DNA of 64,000 nt from the human T2T-CHM13v2.0 reference genome, Homo sapiens. The stretch lies in the NCBI RefSeq assembly GCF_009914755.1, contig NC_060936.1. One strand, 5' to 3'. Under the pieces are notes generated by a model. That model was not told where the DNA came from. It did not search any database and saw only the letters and a program-made list of their open reading frames with translations. The position numbers were made by a program, and so were the translations under genes. This document shows, one piece after another, positions 27,826 through 45,008 of this stretch; position 1 is the first letter of the stretch; each line of letters opens with the position of its first letter.

Positions 27826-29259
27826 TGGAGAGTGTGATGTCACACTCAGAGGCAGAGAGAGGAGAGTGACTCTAGAAGGCAGAAGTGGGCAATTGTATTA
27901 AATGTTGCTGAAAGGTTTATAAAGGTAAGAATGGAAAAGTTTTAATAGGTAGAAGGGGTTGAAATGAAGAATGAAATGCAGGACAGTTAAATGGAAACTG
28001 CGTAAAGGCCACCTTCAAAAATTTTTGCTACAAAACAGAGGCTGGAAATGAGACCGTTGCTAGAAAAGAATGTGAAGTTAGGATGAATATTTTTTAAAAG
28101 AAAGAAGTTTAGGAATAAGTTTTGAAAAAGATTCGTGATGCAAGGGAGAAGAATGAAAACTGAAGGGCTGTCTTTCAGAAATGGAGAAGTGATAGGATCT
28201 ACATTCCTTGTGTAAGGATGGGTCTCTGATGGGAGGAAGGACACATCCTCCAATGTAACCACATAGAACACTGGAAGAGATATCAGTGCAAGCAGTTTAT
28301 GAATTTGGTGGTGAAAAGATAAAGGAGTTTCTGGAAAGCTTAGATAGATTCAGATACATGCGAAATCAGCAAATTGGTAGGGAGGTCTGAGGATGGAGGT
28401 ATAGTTATGAAATCAAACGCTATTTTTTGGAAAGTAGGAAAGTAAACTTACTGGGAATACATTTAAAATTGCCTGGCGTGATTGAGTTTTGTGTTAGTTG
28501 TTAATGTAAATCAGTCATCCTAATGACTTGATTTTCTATAGTAACTTCCAGCTGCTCACGTTTGTGCATGGAGAAAATGGATGGTTTGAGTTTTCCTGAC
28601 ATGTGCAATGGAGTGAGGGAGGGTAAAGGCACTGACTGTATTCAAAAAAGGAGTAAATAGGTCAGAGTATCAAGGCTGGTTCACAGAGAAGTGAAATCAG
28701 GCCAGTGTAATAGAGAGTGGTGAAATCATAGGAAGTAAATAACTTCTTTATAGAAAAATGAGATACAATTAAGAAGCTGACCATTTTAAAATGTTTCCCA
28801 CAAAAAACATATCATCAATAACAGGATATTTTATATGTAAAATCCATGTTTAACTTTGAATTTGTTTGATTTGATAGTTCCAAATTACTCAGAAAAAAAG
28901 GGGTGTTCTCCTTTTAGAAATATTATACTAAAATAAAGGAATGATTCACAGTGAGGAAAGAATCATGAAGTTGAAAAAAGAAATTTATAATATTTAAAAG
29001 GAAAGGAAAGTTTGATGAGGAAGGGTAAGAGCAGGTTGATGCTGAGAGCTAACTGGGGCAATTTGTGTTTCCCTCTGATTTCCTAGCCCTGTAATGTTAA
29101 AGCCTGGCTGTGTGTTAGGACCACCTATGTAGAGTTTGCTAAAAATGCGATACCAGGCATCACTCAACACTTTCTGAATCAGAATCAGAATTAGAATCGG
29201 TCTCTTCTGTAATCACCCCAGATGTTGCTGATGGACAGTTGTGCTGTGAGTAGCCCTTA

Positions 29260-29656
29260 ACTGGCCTGGAACCTCTGCTTTCTGCCTCTTGGAACAAGTT
29301 GCCATATAGGAAGTGTGTCTACCCACAGATCACCATGTTAAGAGACGCCCAGGCCACATGAAGAGGCTCTGGAGAATGAGCCTCTTAGAGAAGGGAAAGC
29401 AGGCCGAGTATCAGAGTGAAACAGACACATCAAGGCAATGGATATGTGAATGAGCCATCTTCAATGTCCAATCCTGTTGAACCTTCAGCTGGCTACAGCC
29501 CCAGACACCATTCTGATGTTCACAGCATAAGACCCCAAGAGAACTATTCTGCTAAGCCTAGTCAATACACAGAAGCATGAAGGATAATAATGAATTGTGT
29601 TTTAAGGCACCAAATTTTGCAGTAGTTTGTTGCACAGCAATAGATGACCCAAACAT
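29260..29656 (+). mobile_element. MLT1-type LTR
   Basis: 3' end ttttaaggcaccaaattttgcagtagtttgttgcacagcaatagat. Confidence 0.65.
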
Positions 29657-29719
29657 CAATCCCTACTGCCCCCTCAGGGACTTATCATCAATAATCTCTT
29701 TTTAAAATATACAAATAGA

Positions 29720-30500
29720 AATAACTGACATTTACTGAGGCTTACTATGTACCATACACTGTTCTATACACTTTTTATGAAATCCTGTCAATAGTCCTAT
29801 TGAGATAGGCGCTATTTTTATCTCCATCTACAAAAGGAGAAATTTATTCAAAGTAACACAAATAAAAAGTGGTGTGGAGCAAGACAGTGAGATCCCAGAG
29901 CCTACACACTTAACCACCACATGTACCTTAATCTGTCACTCTTTATGGGGTCTTCTCTATCTGCATTTAAACACATTTGAGTTTCTCCTTCTTGACCCTA
30001 TAGATCTCCTCTAGCAATCACTCCATTTCTCTCTCTTTGCATCTTTAAGGTTAACTGTCTAGAAAGGGTTGTCTACTTTCTGTCTCTTCTTTCTCCCGTT
30101 CATCCCTCAAGCTATTGCCCTGACTTCTTCCTCTTCCACCCTATAGACACCAGTTCTTGTCTAAGTCATCTGTGATTTCTCTTGCTAAATCTAAGGGATC
30201 ACTCTTTGTCCTTGTCTTCTTAATTTCTCTTACACTGGTGATACTGATAACCATTTCCTTCTCTTGAAACTGTTCCCTTCTATAACTTTTGTGACCCCAG
30301 TCTCTCCTAATTTTCCTCCTACTTTTCTAACATTACATCTCGTTTTCTCTTAGCGCCGTCTCTTCCTCTGCCCATCTCTTAGATATTAGTGTTCCTTAGG
30401 AACTCCCTTTCTAATTATTATGTACACTTACATCTATCCCTATGGCTTCACCCACTATCTTCATGATAAGAATTCTCAAATATCTATAGTCAAGATTTCT
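29720..30500. mobile_element. MIR (minus, about 29720-29920) followed by L2 (plus, about 29930-30500)
   Basis: MIR end cttaaccac; pyrimidine-rich L2 ORF2 motifs. Confidence 0.6.
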
Positions 30501-30509
30501 GTCTGAACC

Positions 30510-30710
30510 TGGATTCTTAACCTGAGGTCCACAGAACCATTGGAATTTTGTGTACCACTCGGAGGGGTCCATGAACTTGGACAGGAAAAATACACATCTT
30601 TCTTTTCACTAAACTTTAATTGAGACAAGCACTTTCTTTCATAAAACATATAGGCAACAAACGACAGTGGAATTATCAGTGCTCGTATCAATAGAAACCA
30701 CAGACGTTTT
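30510..30710. mobile_element. Charlie4-like hAT fragment
   Basis: ggattcttaacctgaggtccac...ggggtccatgaacttgga. Confidence 0.55.
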
Positions 30711-30711
30711 A

Positions 30712-34370
<3,659 letters not shown>

Positions 34371-34404
34371 CATGTCAAACCCTCCATACTTTTTCTCATA
34401 CTTG

Positions 34405-34850
34405 GGTTAGGGTATAGGATTATTTCAGTTGTGTGTAACAGGCAAACCTAACATAGCTCAGGACTGGAATGACAGCTACGTAAAGTTCCCTGAGAGTCAG
34501 GGTTCTTACAGCTTACTATTCCTACATCTATAGGATGTCATCCTAATTCTCAAGGTCCCTGCAGCTGTTAGAGGGACCAACGTCACACCTATATTCCAGG
34601 CAATTGGATTTGGGGGTGAATGGAAGGGTTGGAGAGAGAGCATTCCTCCTTCTTCTTAAAAAGTCTTTTTGGAGGATCCAAACAATACTTCTACTTACAT
34701 TTTATTGGCCAGAACATAGTCACATCATCACATCTAGCCACAAGAAAGGCTGGTCAATGTGGTTCTTTACCTGTGCAAAATGTGCCCAGCTAAAATTAAT
34801 GTTTATTCACTAAGGAGGAAGGGAGAATCAATATTAGGAGTCAACGTAAC
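34405..34850 (-). mobile_element. MLT1J-like LTR
   Basis: cttacattttattggccagaacatagtcacat motif. Confidence 0.55.
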
Positions 34851-37800
34851 AGTTTATACCTCAAAGGACCATGGATTAAGAAATAAAGAGAATTATAGTG
34901 AGTTTATTGAAAGACTAAATGAAGTTGTCATGCAAAGATTATATTTACTGGGGTGCCTTACCCTAATGCAACCAATAGCATTAGGAGGCATTATGAGGAA
35001 AGAAATCAAAGCTTGAGAGCCTGGATTGGAAAAAAAAAAAAATGAAAAAGAACTATTATAAATTTGTGGGCAAAAAGGAATGGGTGAAGGGTAAATTTCT
35101 GGACATTTGGATACAGTTTAGAAAACTTATAAATTAAATGCCAAGCTCATATTTTTCAGATGGAATATTTTTGTGCTACACTATTAGTTGTGCAGGAATT
35201 AAAATAAAAACACCTCCAAAAGTGTGCCTGTTGCTTTCATGATAAATACTTTCAGAAAAAAAGTCCTCCAGCACTTGTATCTACCTCTTAATTAAACACA
35301 TAACAATATGTTTCTTACTCCTGAATTGTTTTTTTCCCGGATACATCCAAAACAGCACTTTGGCTAGCTGAGTTTGTGAAGAATTATGCAAAGCACCTCC
35401 AGAGGATTTTATAGTGATGTCAGAGGGTAATACAAGATGTTTTGCAATGCAGTTTAGCATGGGTATTTCCAAATAATTACTTGGTTTGGGAACCATCCAT
35501 TCACTTAAAATATTTTCCTATAATTCCTGTATTTGCTGAACTCTCCCCCAAGCCTCAAATTATAATACATACATAGGCTATTAATTTTCTAGTGACTCTT
35601 ATATATCACTACAACAATACTCGATCCAGTGATCCAGTATTGATCACTGGATCTAAATTCTAAGTGCCAAGTCATGTTTTAAAATGCAAATCTACATTGT
35701 ACAATACCCCTTGACTTCTTTTTCCTTCAGGGCATTCTTTCCTCTAGCCTGGGCTTTCAAATATAGCTTAGTAATAATCAGACTTTGATGATAGAAACCA
35801 AAGTTAAGAAAATGCATTTAATTTAATGACAAAAAATCCTTGGAGGGAAAAAATGTGCTTTATTCTTAGTTCATTTAAAAGCTAATGAAAGTTTTGCCTT
35901 AAGAAGGGAAGAGAGAGATCAAACTTTCTTTTGCCTGCTTGCCAGATGATGCTAACAAGTCATTGTCCTTTCTCATTCAGGCATAAGTGCCTGAAAACTC
36001 CTTTTTCTTCTGCTTACCATTGCCTTAACCAATAATACTGTTCTCAGACAGAAAGATAACTGAATGTCTAAACATTTATCTATACTAATACAGGCTCATT
36101 TCATGTGAATGCCTGCTAAGCAGGAACTAGGCTGTCAGCTTCATCCCATCAAAAAGACTTTCAGTCCCAAGGACCGATGGCAGGTTCCAATTGTTAAGTC
36201 ATTCTTGCTTGAACTGAATTTTAAAGTCAGGCTCCTACTGTTAAAGAACGGAGCTCAAAGAGGGCATTTAGCCAGAAATGTTGCAATTCTAAATATAACA
36301 CTTTTGGATGTGGATTTTTTTTCTTGCTGTCATAGATTTTTCAAAATGTGGATACTGAGTAAAACTCCAGGGCAGCAAATAATGCGTAAGGGCAACCAAT
36401 ACTGCATAATAGTTCTTGTTTTGGTACATTCACTTTGTAGTGATTTATTAAGGGAGACTGAAAAAGCCTGATTAAAATGCATAAACAGTGCTGAACAGTA
36501 AACAACCATGTCTAAGGATGAAAAAATGGGACCCACATGCTGTGCATGGAAATTGCCCTTAACAACATGGCCTATTGTTGAACAGATAGGAAGCCAAAGG
36601 TTGCTTGTAATCAAATTTGAAGTTTCCCATCACTTATAAAAGCAACACTTCCTTGTGCAAACGTTTCAATTTGTTGTAGTTAAAAACTGCTTCCTGGCTT
36701 AATCCTTACCAGGAGTTCTTAATCCTAACTAGGCGTTCTTGTGACTGTCAGGTGGATAGAAAAATTTAGACGGGGAGCCCACTAGACTTTATGAAATGGA
36801 ACCAAGTTTGTATGTAAAAATCTAAAGAATTTACAGGAGCAAATTAAATTAAAGCAGCAAGAGACCTCAAGATGATTATTTCTTTTGTATTTAAACGGGG
36901 AAATTTTTTGATGGGCTGGCTAGGTGCTCAAATCTCTTTTCTCACTCAAAAATAAAGCAGATGTTAAAGGGGGAGGAAAAAAGCAAACATAGGCTTGCTA
37001 CAGCCTGAATCAAGCCTATGGACAAATACTCAAAGAGAAAATTTAGTAATAATATGACAACATTTTTCTGATGGGCTGAATTACCTGGATACAAATACGG
37101 AGATTATTATGTAATGATAATTATTTAAATATATGTTTTGTTGTGAAGACTATTTATTGCTAATTAAAGAGACAGTTAACTGCTAAACTTTAAAGCCATA
37201 TTGATTCTTCCAATGTATCGATATAATATAAAGAAAAAAACTAAAGAAATTTGAATAATTTCTTTAAAATATTATATTCTGTAATGTCTTAATTACGTGA
37301 AGACCATTTTTTAAATGTTTTAGTATTATTTTTCCAAGGAAATATGAAGAATGAATACAAAATCATCATCTTCACAAATGATTAAAAAATGAAATTAAAA
37401 CATGATTCACAAAACTCTTATTGTTAAACATTCAGATCTTTTTTATTTCCCAATAATAATATTATAATCAACATCCTTAGTTAAGAATCTATGTGTACAT
37501 TTCTAATTATTTCTCTGGTACAAATTCCCTCACAAATAATTTCTAGATCATTGGGGCATGAACATTTAAGTTATTTTAAAAATGGCCTTCCAGAAGTCTT
37601 GCTAATTTTTATCTTCCCAAAAGTACATGGGACTATATCAGAACTAATATTTGATGTTATCACTTATTAATCTGTACAAAATTATTAAGTAAAAATGGCA
37701 TTTTAAAAAAATAATGGGCATGCTTTTGACACATTTTATAATTTTAATAATGTTTATGATTCTTTCATTGTTCTTCTTTATGTATTGCCTCTTAATAACA

Positions 37801-38013
37801 TCTCTAATCCTTTCATATGGTCAATGGAAAAATTAAATAAGTCACATAAAATGCTGAATACACTGACTAGAAAATCTTCAGTATTAAATAACAGTTAATG
37901 AATTTTAGTTATAATTATGGGTATTGATTTGTTTTATCTCTCTGAATTACAGATACAAATGTGGTCAACAAAGAAACTCAGTTTAAATAAAGACAACATT
38001 ACCATTACTCTGA

Positions 38014-38316
<303 letters not shown>

Positions 38317-39131
38317 TGAGGTTATATTTTTAATAGTAACATAAAATTGTCATTTCTAGCAAGAACCCCAAATCAGAAATCTACAGATGCAAGTTCTTGG
38401 TGATTAATTTATACATGCTTCCCCCAGTTCCTGTAAGCATCACAATCATGCACTTCCTTTTACTTTGGGAACATAGTGGTAAGTTCGAGTTCTCAATCTA
38501 TATGGGTACAGGGATATTTGGTATCCCAAGAAGCGTCCTGTGCACTTCTTAGACATGTAGGAGAATGCTGTAGCCTGCAATCCACAGAGCAGCCAGCTAC
38601 AGGGAGAGAAATGCAGGCTTGGGCCAATGTGACCTCAGTGGCTAGGATCAAAAACAGAAGGGGTATTGAAGTGGCTCTTACTCCACTTCAAAACCAGAAA
38701 ATAGGATGTTCAATACATTAAAGAGACAGTGGTTAATTTTTATTAAAATCATGAGCACAATTCCTCTTTGGCAATAATTGCCATCATTCTACTTAGCTGA
38801 CTCCCTGCCTCTAGACTCTTGCCTCACCAATCCATCATTACATTGCTACGGAGTTGTCATCCTCAAACACAGGATGGATTATGCTCTTCACATAATAGAA
38901 TGATTTTAGGCTCTTCCTACTTATTCACATATTTCCTCATTAAATAAAGTTTTCACAATTTGATCATATTTTAATCATGCTCAGCTTCCCCACAGCTTGC
39001 ACAATATTTCACAAAAAAGTGCTCAGTAATTGTTTCATGAATTGAATATGCAGTGATCAATTTTAGTTGCTTACTATATAAATATGACAAGTTCCTTGAT
39101 GAGAAAAAGGTATTCCTCACTGGTTCCAAAG

Positions 39132-39242
39132 TAAGGTTATCAGATAAAATATAGTCACTCAGTAAAATTTTGAATATGAAATTCAAATTCAAGTGGACAT
39201 TCTCTTTTGTTTTGTTTTATTTTGATAAATCTGGCAACCCTA
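39132..39242 (-). mobile_element. MER53 MITE, centre deleted
   Basis: TIR ..atctggcaacccta; 8-bp TSD ttccaaag/gtccaaag. Confidence 0.8.
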
Positions 39243-40710
39243 GTCCAAAGACATGTCAGTTTCACGACTGCCAGGGTTAACTTCTGGACAACAGTGAATT
39301 CATGTAGGCATAAATCTGTTCCCATTCAATTCTGCTATAGCAATGTGTGTATAGCTACTATGAATTCCTTCATGTAAGGGGAATGTAAAGGGAAAAATGA
39401 GCAGAAGAACAAAGGCAGTCGTTTCTAACTTGATTCTTATATTCTCACAGGTACATAGTAGATATTTGAGGTACTCTGGAATGATAGCTCCTAATAGATA
39501 GTTGTTCTGATCAGCAAGATAGCCAAGGTAAACCTTTGAGGTCATTGAAATATTCTGCTTTTAAATCATCAACCAGGACATTTCTTCCCACTTTCCTTGA
39601 ACTTTTTTATTGCCTTTCTGGCATCCAGCCACAACAAGGTCATTGTGTGGGCACTGGTTGTGCCAACCTTCCATGCTCATCCCTGAGGATCCATGTCTAC
39701 CCCAAGCTATTTAATAATGTCTCCTAACCTTATTCCCCACCCACACGTACCTCTCAACCCCAGCTCTTTTCTTTTCCAGTTTCCTAGGCAACAGTTTGCT
39801 AGTCTAATAATAAACCACAATGCTTGCCAACTTAAAATGAGAGATCAATAGAATCCCCAGGATTCTCCTTTGCTCCTAGATAACGTCTGCTGTTTAACAC
39901 TAACCTTCTGGGGATAATTCCTGGCTCCTCCTTCGTTGTCTGATCAAAAAGGGTTGGAATTTCCTGTAGGAGTGGGTGATGTGCTTCGTGAGAGAATTGT
40001 TTCTTGAAGAGCGAAGCCTTACAGTATTCTTCAATTCAAATTATGTGAGCAGCTATCAGCTGATGAGTTCAGCAGAATCTCTTATTTGTAGAAGTGTAGT
40101 ATGTTCAGACCTCACCATTCTGACTAAAAAGTAATTTCATATTTATCCAAATGCCACATAAGTTGAGCTCCCAGTTGCCCATAAGGAACATATTGCTCCT
40201 CAGAACGGTGCTGTCCGCATCCTCTTTCAGGCCATTAGAGAAGAAACCCCATAAGATATTCCAGACTGGCCTGTCAAATCTCTGTTCCTTTACTTCTGCA
40301 GACAGACTCCCATGAGACCACAGCCTCTCCAGAAAAATACTTCCACAAAACCACAGACACATTTAAAGTAATGTAATTGACTAATTGCAGGAAGTAAGTT
40401 TCTGGCCATGCAACATATTGAAAAGATAAATGTCATTAGGATTAAGCCAATGACTTCAGCCACCTTAGCAACTGCAGTTGAGTCAATCACACAAACTATT
40501 AGCAGACATGTGATGGAACCTGGAGGGAAACTGTGACACTGAATTAAGGAGAACAGAGACTGCCTGGACTTTCTGTTAGAAGAGGGCACAGCCTTCCATT
40601 TGCCAGAATATTGCTCCATACTCAAAAGCTGTGAAGCCCCAGATGTTAGTCGTGCACTCATTAGGACTATGGCTGCTAGTAATTGAAACCAACTGAAGCT
40701 AGCTTTATGC

Positions 40711-40712
40711 AT

Positions 40713-40747
<35 letters not shown>

Positions 40748-40869
40748 TCTATAGAGCATGGGTCTCAACATCTTACCCAAGCTAGTCTTGAACTCCTGGC
40801 CTCAAGCGATCCTCTTTCCTTGGCCTCCCAAAGTGCTGGGATTACAAGCATGAGCCACTGTGGCTAGCC
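40711..40869 (-). mobile_element. FLAM with (ATTT)n tail
   Basis: Reverse monomer; TSD ctagcttta. Confidence 0.85.
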
Positions 40870-42011
40870 AAGCCTAGCTTTAAGAAATGAAAATGAAGAA
40901 TTTATTACAATGACATAGTGAAGTCTCATGATTCAAGGAAAGAAGAGGGACATGAAAATGGGAATCTCCAGCAAATCTAAGCTCTCCTTCCGTCTGTGTG
41001 TTGTTTCATTCTTTTTTTTTTCTCTTTCCCCACGAGCTTTCTCTGCTCCCTCATCTTCATAGAGGGATATGTCCTCTCACCATATTGGGTTCAGCCCCAC
41101 AAAGAGACTGAAAGCTCTTCTTGAAGTGGGGTGGGGGAACCCTTCAAGCCATATTTCTCCAAATGGCATCCAGGAGCCCAGCCTCGGTGGAATGGAAGGA
41201 AAGTAAGGGTCACTGTGAGCTTGGCAGATGCTACAAAAGGTATAGACTACCTTCACCTTGGTCACCTCCAAGTTGAAAAAAAAACCGTATAGACTACAGG
41301 TGGTCACAGCTACCATTTCTCTAGTTTCCCTTTGACTAAGACAAACTTGGAATAGGAAATAGTAGAGATGCTAGATATCTGGTCATACACTGATGTTAAA
41401 TTTGTCATCAAGCAAATTAAGAATAATAAGAAAGTATACTAAAAACAGTTTAATTCACAAAATGAAATGTATTAGAGTATATAACAGAAACTCCCCTCCC
41501 ATAAACCCTAACTATTCCTTGGTTTGTCTTCCTTTGTAACTAAGCAGGTGAGAGGTTAGAAGTAAAACTCAGCTGAATTGATTTAAAATAACATCAGTCT
41601 ATTTTAGCCCGTAAAGGCTTTTGCTCTAAAATTACTGATGGTTTACGACTTGCAGAGTTTGGACCTCCAAAGTTTCCTCAATGCATTCTGGTTTCATTTC
41701 AAAAGAAGTGAAGATCATCTTACAAAAAGTAACTTTGGGATGCCATTCAGCTCTAATAACTAATAAAGTGAATGAAGCTTTACTTACTTTTTCTTCTCAT
41801 TTTTCCTCTTTTCTTTGGTACCCCTTTCACTGAATGGTTATACTTTATAGTTATCTCTTATAGTCATCTCCAAGGTAAGCATTTTATTGTGCATCCTTAT
41901 GCTTAAAATTAATACATTCCTTCAATTTATGTTTATTTATTTACTGAATTATGTATATTATGAAGTAGATGAATAATAAACACTTTAAAGAATGAGCTAA
42001 AATAAATGTAA

Positions 42012-42194
42012 TGGTGAAACTACGTCTCTACTAAAAAATACAAAAATTAGCCAGGTGTGGTGGCATGCGCCTGTAATCCCAGCTACTCAGGAGGCTGAGG
42101 CACGAGAATCACTTGAACCTGGGAGGAGAAGGTTGCAGTGAGCCAAGATCATGCCACTGGACCCAGCCTGGGCAACAGAGTGAGACTCTATCTA

Positions 42195-42244
<50 letters not shown>
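42012..42244 (+). mobile_element. 5'-truncated AluS with (TAAA)n tail
   Basis: Starts tggtgaaac; TSD aaatgtaa. Confidence 0.9.
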
Positions 42245-42245
<1 letters not shown>

Positions 42246-42681
42246 AATGTAAGCAAACATTCTAATTTTTTCTTCCCAAGCCCCAGTAGGTCATATTGTG
42301 CACTGATCTATTGTCACAGCATAGTCAGTTCATCTGAGTCCAGTTTTCCTTAGTGCATCATTTTTATTGTCCTAAAGGGCAGTCCTGGACTTTTAGTCTA
42401 AGGTGTTCCTGATAACCATATTTTAAAATGATTTTTCTAAGGCTAAACTTTTAATTGTATAAGTGCCCTGAAAATTGATTTGTAATGAACACACAAACAC
42501 ACGAGTGTAAAAGTGACCAGCCTCAACTAGACAAAGTGAATTTCTTAAAACAAACAAAAATCTTTGAAAAAGTCAAACATGCTGGCACAGGTGGGCTCTT
42601 AACAATAAGGCTATACACATTAAGTAGGTGGAGCAAGGAGTCAGGCTGTGGTTGACTTGGACTAACAAAACCCTAGAAAGC

Positions 42682-42975
42682 GCCCGGCACCATGGTTCAC
42701 ATCTGTAATCCCAGCACTTTGGGAGGCTGAGGTGGGTGGGTCACTTAAGGTCAGGAGTTCGAGACCAGCCTGGCCAACATGACGAAACCCCCTCTCTACT
42801 AAAAATACAAAAAAATTAGCCAGGCATGGTGGCCCGCGCCTGTCATCTCAGCTACTCGGGAGGCAAAGGCAGGAAAATCCTTTGAACCTGGGAGGCGGAG
42901 GCAAGATGGTGGCACTGCACTCCAGCTGGAGTGACAGAGTGAGACTCCCGTCTCAAAAAACAAACAAACAAAAAA
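42682..42975 (+). mobile_element. AluS with small right-arm deletion
   Basis: Dimer; TSD aaaac(c)ctagaa. Confidence 0.9.
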
Positions 42976-44126
42976 CCTAGAAGGGAAGAAAGAAAGCCAA
43001 TTTAGATAGTGACTCTCTCCAATGGCCAAATGACCAAATTCTGTTGTTTTTTCTCCATGTCGTTCCCTCTGTCTTCCCCCAGACACCCAGGCCCTGAGGT
43101 TATTCTGCCCCTGCCAGTGTTTCAGACCAAAGGAAATCATAAGACATGGTTAACAATAAACCAGCAATCTTATCCTTTAATAAAGCCCTTGTCACAAAAG
43201 GCATGCCAAAATTTAAAAAGCGAACTGAAAACATTTATTCAAAGAATGGCAGACAAAGGATTCATACCTCTGATCTGTAATAAGGGCATACAAATGAATG
43301 AAATCAGAAACACCTTCCACTAATAAATTGGCAAAAGCTATTCACCAGAGAATAAATGATTGATTGGCCAATATGTAGGTAAATGTTACTTCTTTACTTT
43401 TTAAAATGTCGTGAGTTAAAACAACAAGATACTGTTTTTTCTCTGTCAAATTATCAAAGATTGTAAACTATCAAATAGTCTAGCCAGAATGTGGTAAAAT
43501 GAGCACTGAATTCATCACAGGTAAACGTGTATATTAACTTGACCCTTTGGAAATTAATTTTGCAATACCAAAAGATGTACATTTTCCTTGATCTAGTAAA
43601 ATCTTGGCTGTATCCCTAACCAAATTCTCTTCTGTTAACTTATCTTACAGAAATAGAAAAGAAATATTTAGAGACCAACATGTTTATTGGCACACTGTAT
43701 AAAGCACTGATAATTTTTAAAACAGATTTGACAATATAAAAATAAATTACAATATATCTACAAAATACATTATTGTTTAGCTTTACAATTTTATGTTTAT
43801 TAGGACAGCTTGGTGCTATGATGATTGCTTATGTTAAAGTCACCAGTGAAAAAACTGGGATGTGCAGTTATACTATAGTAATGACAACAACCAAGAAGGA
43901 AAGAAAAACACAGAAAAAGGCTCTAGGTGGAAATAAACAAAAATTCTGAGTTATTTTCCTTGGTTTACAGATCTATGAATGCTTTTAGTTCCTTTCTATA
44001 GTTTCTATTTTTAGATGTTTCTTCAAATTTATATCCATGTAACTATTATTGAGGAACTACAATTTTCCAGACACTGTCCTAAGAGCTTGGATAAAGTAAT
44101 GATAAAAACAAAATTTCTACTTTCAA

Positions 44127-44238
44127 TAGGGTTGCCAGATTTAGCAAATAAAAACATAGCACATCCAGTTAAATTTGAATTTCAGGTAGACAATGAATAG
44201 GTTTTACTATATGTATAGTATTTTATCTGGCAACCCTA
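44127..44238 (+). mobile_element. MER53 MITE, internally deleted, inserted in L2
   Basis: TIRs tagggttgccagat/atctggcaacccta; TSD actttcaa/actctcaa. Confidence 0.88.
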
Positions 44239-44304
44239 ACTCTCAAGGAATGTAATTTTTTGGGAGATAAATTTTCTAAATGAACATGAAACTAACTTTT
44301 ATAG

Positions 44305-44780
44305 TTTATTTTTTATTTTAGTAAGATACACATAACATAAAATATGCCATTTTAACCATTTTTAAATGTACAGTTCAGTGTATTAAGTTCATTCATGATC
44401 TTGTGCAACCATCACTATTATTTAGTTCCAGAAATTCTTCATCACCTCAAAAGGAAAACTCCTTGTACAATGTGAATTTACTTCCCATTCTCCATTCTCT
44501 CCAGTTCCTGGCAACCACTAATCTGCTTTCTGTCTCTATGGATTTGCCTATTCCAGATATTTTATATATACATGGAATCATAAAAGATGCAGTCTTTTAT
44601 GTCTGGCTTCTTTGACTTAGAATAATGTTTTTAAGGTTTATTCATGTTACAGCATGTATCAGAATGCCATTTCCTTTTATGGCTGAATAACAGTCCATTG
44701 TATGTATCTATCACATTTTGTTTATCCGTTTATCTATTGATGGACATTTGAGTTGTTTCCAACTTTTGGCTATTGTGAAA
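44305..44780 (-). mobile_element. L1MB-like 3' end
   Basis: ccattttaaccatttttaaatgtacagttcagtg...ctggcaaccactaatctgctttctgtctctatggatttgcc. Confidence 0.8.
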
Positions 44781-44861
44781 TATATATTAATTTCATACCT
44801 TTAAAAATAAGTATTATTTAAACCATTATCCCCAGGAGATGATGTCAACCTTTTTCAGAGC

Positions 44862-45008
44862 TGATATGGTTTGGCTGTATCCCCACCCAAATCTCATCTT
44901 GAATTCCACCCTGCCATGTGGAACTGTGAGTCAATTAAACTTATTTCCTTTATAACTTACCCAGCCTCGGGTATGTTTTTATTAGCAGCATGAGAACAGA
45001 CTAATGCA
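44862..45008 (+). mobile_element. THE1C-like solo LTR with large internal deletion (147 bp left)
   Basis: Both termini intact; perfect TSD AGAGC (44857-61, 45009-13). Confidence 0.9.

Larger units (their letters stand above)
26175..28320 (-). mobile_element. L2, interrupted by (TA)n, MER58 and MLT1
   Basis: L2 3' end (ttattcaataatatttatt..ctgtcctcaaggagttta) and downstream purine-rich L2 motifs. Confidence 0.6.
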
